Source of the DNA: Mobula hypostoma
Taxonomy: Eukaryota
Direction: 5' to 3'
Assembly: GCF_963921235.1 (NCBI RefSeq)
Contig: NC_086097.1
Coordinates: 64,916,001-64,980,000, forward strand
DNA length: 64,000 nt
The notes beneath the pieces are model-generated. The model was not told the origin of the DNA. It did no database searches and saw only the letters and a program-made list of their open reading frames with translations. The translations under genes were made by a program, and so were the position numbers. Each line of letters opens with the position of its first letter. Position 1 is the stretch's first letter. Shown piece by piece: positions 57,305-64,000 of this stretch.

Positions 57305-60300
57305 TTGAGATCATAAGGGTAGTAATTTCTGGAAAGCTACCTTTGCCTCACACCACTGAGGGTAGAAGCACAATGATTTGGCAGATAAATGCCTGGCTGA
57401 TAAGCTCATGCAGGGGGCAGGGCTTCAGGTTCTTGGATCACTGGGATCTCTTCTGGGGAAGGTATGTCCTGTGCAAAAGGGACGGGTTGCACCTAAACCC
57501 AAGGGGGTCCAATATTCTTGCGTGCAGTTTCGTTAGAGCTGTTGGGGAGGATTTAAACTAATCTGGCAGGGGAATGGGAACTGGATTGAAGGGACTCAGG
57601 ATAGGATGGATGGTAATAAAGCAAAGATAGCGTGCACTCAGACTGTCAGGAAGGGCAAGCAGATGATAGGACAAAATTGCAGCCAGCAGGGTGAGTATCA
57701 GTGCATTAGGGATGCAGATCAAAAACGGTAGCAAATACAGTAATCAAAGTGTCATATCTCAAAGCATGGAGTATAAGAAATAAAGTGGATGATCCTGTGG
57801 TACTTCTACAGATTGTTGTATTTTACTGTGGCCATCACTGAGTTGTGACTGAAAGATGGTTGCGGTTGGGAGCTGAATGCCCAAGGTTACACATTGTATC
57901 GGAGGGAGAGGAAGGTAGGCAGAGGGGGTGGCACGGCTCTGCTGATAAAGAATGGCATCAAATCATTAGGAAGTGGTCACATAGGATTGGAAGATGTTGA
58001 ATCCTTGTGGGCTGAGTTAAGAAACTGCAAGGGTAAAACAACGGAAAATAGAAAAGGCATGTCAAAAGGGCAAGTTATAATAGTTATGGGAGATTTTAAC
58101 ATGCAGACAGATTGGGTAAATCAGGTTGGTAATGGATCTCAAGAGAGTGAATTTGTTGAATACCTATGAGGTGGTTTTTAGAGCAGTTTGTCATTGAGCC
58201 TACTGTGGGATCAGCTATACTGGATTGGGTGTTATGTAATAAACCCGAGGTGATTAGGGAACTTAAGGTAAAGGAAACCTTAGGAGTCAGTGCTCACAAT
58301 ACGACTGAGTTCAACTTGAAATTTGATATGAAGAAAGTAAAGTCTGATGTAGCAGTACTTCAGTGGAGTAAAGGAAATTGCAGTGGCATGAGAGAGAAGT
58401 GGCCAAAATAAATTGGAAGGAGATGCTGGCCAGGATGACAGCAGAGCAGTAATGGTTTGAGTTTCTGGGAAAAATGTGGAAGGCGCAGGATAGATGTATT
58501 CCAGAAACAAAGAAATACTCAAATGGCTGACCAGGGAAGTCAAAGCTAATGTAAAAGCAAAAGAGAGGACATACGACAAAGCAAAAATTAGTGGCAAGAT
58601 AGAGGATTGGAAAGCTTTTAAAAACCTACAGAAGGCAACTAAAAGAATCATTAGGAGGGAGAAGATGAAATACAAAAGCAAGCTAGCAAACAATATCAAG
58701 GTGGATAGAAAAAGCTTTTTCAAGTATATAAAAAATAAAAGAGAGATGAGAGTGGATATAGGACTGATAGAAAATTAGGCTGGAGAAATAATAATGGGGG
58801 ACAAGGAGATGGCAGATGAACTAAATCAATATTTTGCATCAGTCTTCACTGTGGAAGAGACTAGCAGTGTGCCAGGTGTTGAATGGTGTGAGAGAAGAGA
58901 AGTGAGTGCAATTACTATTACAAGAAAGAAGGTGCTCAAATATCTGAAAGATTTAAAGGTACATAAGTCACCCGAACCAGATGAACTGCACACTAGAGTT
59001 CTGATAGAGATAGCAGCAGAGATTGTGGTAGATAATGATATTTCAAGAATCATTGGGTTCTGGCTGGTTCTGGAGGACTGAAAAATTGCAAATGTCATTC
59101 CACTCTTTAAAAAAGGAAATTATAGACCAGTAAGCCTGACCTCAGTGGTTGGAAAGATGTTGAAGTTAATTGTTAAGGATGAGGTTATGGAGTACTTGGT
59201 GACACAGGACAAAATAGGACAAAGTCAGCATGATTTCCTTAAGGGAAAATCTTGTTTGACAAACCTGTTGGAATTCTTTGAGGATATTACACCTAGGATA
59301 GATAAAGGGGATGCAGTGAATGTTGCATATTTGGATTATCAGGAGGCCTTTGACAAGGTGCCACACAGGAGACTGCCTACCAAGTTAAGAGCCGAAAGTA
59401 TTACAGGAAAGTTACCAGCGTGGTTGGAGCATGGTAGGAGGCAGTGAGTGGGAATAAAAGTATCCTTTTCTAGTTGGCTGCAAGTGGCTAGTGGTGTTCT
59501 GCAGGGGTCGGTGTTGGGAACCACTTCTTTTTATGCTGTTTGTCAGTGATTTGGATGATGGAATAGATGGCTTTGTCATCAGGTTTTCAGATGATACAAA
59601 GATTGGTGGATGGGCAGGGAGTGTTGAGGAAACAGGAAGGATGCAGAAAGACTTAGACAGATTAGGAAAATGGGCAAGAAAGTGGCAAATGAAATACCAA
59701 GTTGGAAAATGCATGGTCATGCACTTTGGTAGAAGAAGTAAATGTGCAGACTATTTTCTAAATGGGGAGAAAATTCAAAAATCTGAGATGCAAAGGGATT
59801 TGGGAGTCCTTGTATAGAACAACCTAAAGGTTAACTTGCAAGTTGAGTTGGAGGTGAGGAAGGCAAATAGAATGTTAGCATTCATTTCAAGAGGTCTGGA
59901 ATACAAGAGCAGGGATGTGATGCTGAGGCTCTATAAGGCACTGGTGAGGCTTCACCTTGTGAACAATTTTGGACTCCTCATCTAAAAAAAGATGTGCTGG
60001 CATTGGAGAGGGTCCAGAGGGGGTTCAGAAGATGATTCCAAGAATTAAAGGGTTATCCTATGAGGAACATTTGATGGCTCTGGGTCTGTACTCAGTAGAA
60101 TTTAGAAGGATGAGGGGGGAATTTAATTGAAACCTATCCATTGTTGAAAGGCCCAGACAAAGTAGATGTGGAAAGGATGTTTCCCATGCTGGGGGAGTCT
60201 AGGATAAGAGGCACAGCCTCAGGATAGGTAGGTGTCCTATTAAAACAGAAGTGAGGAGAAATTTCTTTAGCCAGAGGGTGGTGAATTTGTGGAATTTGTT

Positions 60301-60509
60301 ACTGCAGGCAGCTGTGGAGGTAAGTCGTTTGGTATATTTAAGGCGTAGATTGATAGGTTTTTCATTGGCCATGGCATCAAAGGCTACAGGTAGAAGGTCA
60401 GGGAGTAGGGCTGAGGAGGGGAAAAAAATAGGATCAGGCAAGGTTGAATGGCAGAGCAGTCTTGATAGGCCAAATGCCCTAAATCTACTGCTGTGTCTTA
60501 TGGTCTTAT
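57305..60509 (+). mobile_element. CR1-clade LINE with the ORF1 3' end (SGNH esterase-like) and a decayed ORF2
   Basis: ORF1 end FLDHWDLFWGR...RDGLHLNPRGSNILA...EDLN* (stop 57559-57561); EN and RT motifs in fragmented ORFs 57894-60514; (CTTATGGT)n tail at ~60494-60509. Confidence 0.95.
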
Positions 60510-61300
60510 CATAAGACACAAGAGGAGAATCAGGCCATTCAGCCCATTGAGACTGCTCTGCCATTCCATTATAGCTGATTTGTTTTCCTATTCTCGTACC
60601 TTCTCCTCATTACGTCTGATGCCCTTACTAATTAAGAACCCATTACTCTTTGCTTTAAGTATTTATTTGTCATAATCACATTTACCATTTTCCTCTACCA
60701 TCTGACTTACGTCTCTAGCAAAAAGGAAATGTCTCCAGTTTCTCAAAACTGCTCCGTCATTCAATATGATTGTGGATGGTCTGATCTCAGTTTCAGTTCC
60801 AATTTCTTGTCAATTTTCCTCAATCCTTGACTTCCGTACAATGCAAAAATCTATCTTCCTCTTGGATATTTTCAGTGATTCATCTGTCCTATCTAACTAG
60901 GATGGAGAATTTCCAAGATTCATGATTGTCAGGGAGAAGAATCACATCCCAGTCTTAAAGAAGCAACCCTTATCCTGAAACAGTGCTGTCTATTTCTAGT
61001 TTTTCCATGACAGGAAACATGGTCCCAGTGAGTACGCTGTAGGCACCTTTAGTATCTCAAATGTTGCAATTAGCTCACTTTTCATTTCTTTTGATTCCAA
61101 TAAGTATAGCCCTATCTTGATCAATCATTCATCTTTACAGCAATCTTCTCATCCCAAGCACCAACATATTGAATTCCTCTGAACTGCCTCCAATCTGTGC
61201 TCAGATTTGAAGACCAGACAATCTACTGGAGTGTCTCAGCACCCAGTACACCAGGTGCCAGCTCACTTACAGGTACAGAAAGTTTTAGCTACTTTGTACT
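60510..61300 (-). mobile_element. CR1-clade 3' fragments (a short tip at 60510-60660 and an older piece at ~60720-61300)
   Basis: Reverse-strand similarity to CR1 3' ends; the tip abuts the previous element tail-to-tail. Confidence 0.65.
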
Positions 61301-62029
61301 TCTCACTCTGCTTTATTGCTGTTGATGTGTGTGCTTTGTTTTTCAATATTTTTAACAAGCAACAGACTTAGATAAGTTGATAATCTAATTTTTATATATG
61401 ATTATTCATTGATCACTGGGGTAGCAGTAATTACCCATGTTAAACATGTGCTTCTTAATGTTCTATGATTGTAGATTTGACCTTCAGTACTCATTGGAAT
61501 TTCACATTGTCCACTAAGGCATCAGACCAGACTAACATCCATTGTCGATCTTGTCTTTCTCTGTGGATTTTATTATCAGGGCACAAGAAAGAGATCCATT
61601 TTCAAGTAATCTATGTATTTTGTACTTAATGTGCTGGCAGAATCTTTTCTTAAATACAGTATTCCTTTTTCACATTGCTCTGTTTTAAATCACATATATT
61701 ATTTATAAAATTCTTCTATGCACTTAACTTCATTGGTTACGTACCATATTGTTAAATGGAACATAAATATAGTAATGAAAGCAATAATTTGAAAATAGCA
61801 TGATACAAAGCCTTATTTAAACTTCTAATCTTTATTGTGTCATTTTTATGTGTTCATTTTATTTTACTGATAGAAGCAGCCCTAAACTTTAGCAGTAGTT
61901 GGCCTTCTAAATGGAGCAGAAGGCAATACAAAATACCAAATGCAGATCACAGGAGTCAACCACTTATTAGACCCAAATCAGTACGAAGAACAGTAAAGAA
62001 CAAAAAAAAATCTGGCATCTGCAGCTTAC

Positions 62030-63396
62030 AGGCCAGTTAGCCTGACCTCAGTGGTTGGGAAGATGTTGGAGGCTTTGGGGGACTTGGGGGCACATAATAA
62101 AATAAGCTAAAGCCAGTATGGTTTCCTTAAGGGAATATCTTGCTGACAAATCTGTTCAAATTCTTTGAAGAAGTAACAAACAGGATAAACAAGAGAGAGT
62201 CAGTGGAGGCTGTTTACTTGGATTTTCAAAAGGCCTTTGACAAGGTGCTGCCATGAGGCTGCTTGACAAGATCAGAGCACATGGTATTACAGGAAAGATA
62301 CAAGCATGGATAAAAGATTTGCTGACTGGTAGGAGGCAAAGAATGGAAACAAAGGGGTCCTCATCTGGTTGGCTGCCAGTGATTAGTGGTGTTCTGTAAG
62401 GGTGGGTATTGGGACAGCTTCTTTTCACATTGTACGTCAAAGATTTGGATGACAGATTTGATGGCTTTGTGGCCAAGCTGGCAGATGATATGAATATAGT
62501 TGGAGGGGCAGGTAGTGTTGAGGAAGCAGGGAGTCTGCAGAAGGACTTAGATAGATTGGGAGAATGGGCAAAGAAGTGGCAGTTGGAATATAGTGCAGGG
62601 AAGTGCATAGTCATACATTTTGATTGAATTAATAAAGGCATAGACTACTTTCTTAACAGGGAGAAAATTCAAAACTCAGAGGTGTAAAGGGACCTAGGAG
62701 TCTTTGTGCAGGATTCCCTGAAGGTTAATTTGCAGGTTGAGTTAGTGGTAAGGACGGCAAATACAGTGTTAGCATTCATTTCAAGAGGACTAGAACATAA
62801 AAGCAAGGATCTAATGCTAAGGCTTAAAAAGGCATTGGTATTGCAAGCAGCTTTGAACCTCTTATCTGAGAAAAGAAATGTTGGCATTGAGGACAGTCCA
62901 GAGGAGGTACACAAGAATGATTCCAGGAATGAAAGGGTTAATAAATGAAGAGATTTTGATGGCCCTTGGCCTGTACTCTCTGGAGTTAAGAAGAATGAGG
63001 GGGATCCCATGAAACCTATCATATATTGGAAGACCTAGATATAATGGATGCGGAGAGGATATTTCCTGTAATGGATGAGTTTAGGACCAGAGGGCACAAC
63101 CTCAGGATAAAGGGACGTCCATTTAGAACAGAGATGAGGAGAAATTTCTTTAGCCAGAGGGTAGTGAATCTGTGGAATTCATTGCCACTGGGAGCTGTGG
63201 ATGCCAAGAAATTGGGTATATTTTAGGTGGAGGTTGATAGGTTCTTGCTTAGTCAGGACATCAGAAGTTACGGAGGTAAGGCAAGAGAATGGGGCTGAGA
63301 GGGATAACAAATCAGCCGTGAAGGAATGGCAGAGCACACACAGGATCAATGGGCTGAATGGTCTAAATTCTGTTCCTATGTCTTATGCTCTCATGT
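62030..63396 (+). mobile_element. CR1-clade LINE RT/3' part, decayed
   Basis: KLADD..GG, LQKDLDRLGEWAKKWQ, TRGHNLRIKG..FFSQRVVNLWNSLP; tail at 63375-63396. Confidence 0.92.
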
Positions 63397-63659
63397 AATA
63401 TGCGTCCCTAAAGCCATTCATACACAATGCAAGTAAATAACCATGGTCAAAACCTCAGTAATTGACAAATCTGCAGTTCATAATGAAATAGGTGAAGAGA
63501 ACTGATTTGAATTCCCATTTTTATATTTTCAACTCAGTTGGCAAACACTTGAATGCCAGCTCAATTTAAGAGTAATTTTATCAGATTATTAATGCAATAG
63601 ACTAATATTTTCAAAAATTTAACTGTCTGTGAGTTTAGGCGCTTATTGTCTTTTTTTGT

Positions 63660-64000
63660 CTTATGAGGATAGGTTAAGTGAGCTCAAGCTTTTCTCTTTG
63701 GAGTAAAGGAGGATGACAGTAACTTGATGGAGATGTACAAGATGATAAGAAGCATAGATCGAGTGGACAGCCAGTGACCTTTTTCCAGGGCTGAAACGGC
63801 TAATACAAAAGGGTATAATTTTAAGGTGATTGGCAGAATACAGAGGGTGGATGTTAGAGGTATGCTTTTTACACAGAGTGGTGAGTTTGTGGAACACACT
63901 TCCAGGAGCAGTAGTCGAGGTAGTTACATTTGGGATATTTAAGACACTCTTAGATAGGCAAATGAATGACAGCAAAATGGGGGGCTATGTAGGAGGGAAG
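63660..64000 (+). mobile_element. CR1-clade LINE 3' fragment, runs off the window edge
   Basis: Remnants of YEDRLSEL.LFSLE.RRM and FFTQ.VV.LWN.LP. Confidence 0.85.

Noticed and set aside
1..64000. Exons of expected neighbours (NKX2-8, MBIP, SFTA3), tRNA/rRNA genes, CRISPR arrays or prokaryotic operons
   Set aside because: None recognisable. The window is vertebrate DNA, and its dispersed short repeats are retroelement ends, not regularly spaced arrays. Small diverged exons could have been missed by eye.

Overview
AT-rich vertebrate genomic DNA. The repeat families and the NK2 protein point to a cartilaginous fish, most likely a ray (inference). One host gene is supported: a two-coding-exon NK2 homeobox gene on the minus strand (CDS 45622-45253 joined to 44289-43619, 346 aa), best called NKX2-1/TTF-1. 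It sits in a transposon-poor, CpG-retaining domain (~31-53 kb) with several candidate conserved enhancer blocks. The flanks are dense with retroelements: CR1-type LINEs (one very young, with an ORF2 broken by only two TAG codons), Rex1/Babar and RTE LINEs, a 3.8 kb pol-less LTR element with a tRNA-Pro-like PBS, and short Penelope-like terminal fragments. Main hunt results: (1) a minimal type I hammerhead ribozyme with an intact core in a TSD-flanked short retroposon (5457-5492), with decayed and palindromic relatives; (2) an in-phase U_UUA_AAC slippery heptamer at the CR1 ORF1 stop, suggesting ORF1-ORF2 fusion by -1 frameshifting; (3) the non-autonomous ERV-like LTR element; (4) the CpG-retaining valley around NKX2-1. 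Comparisons with other species are from memory and were not searched.
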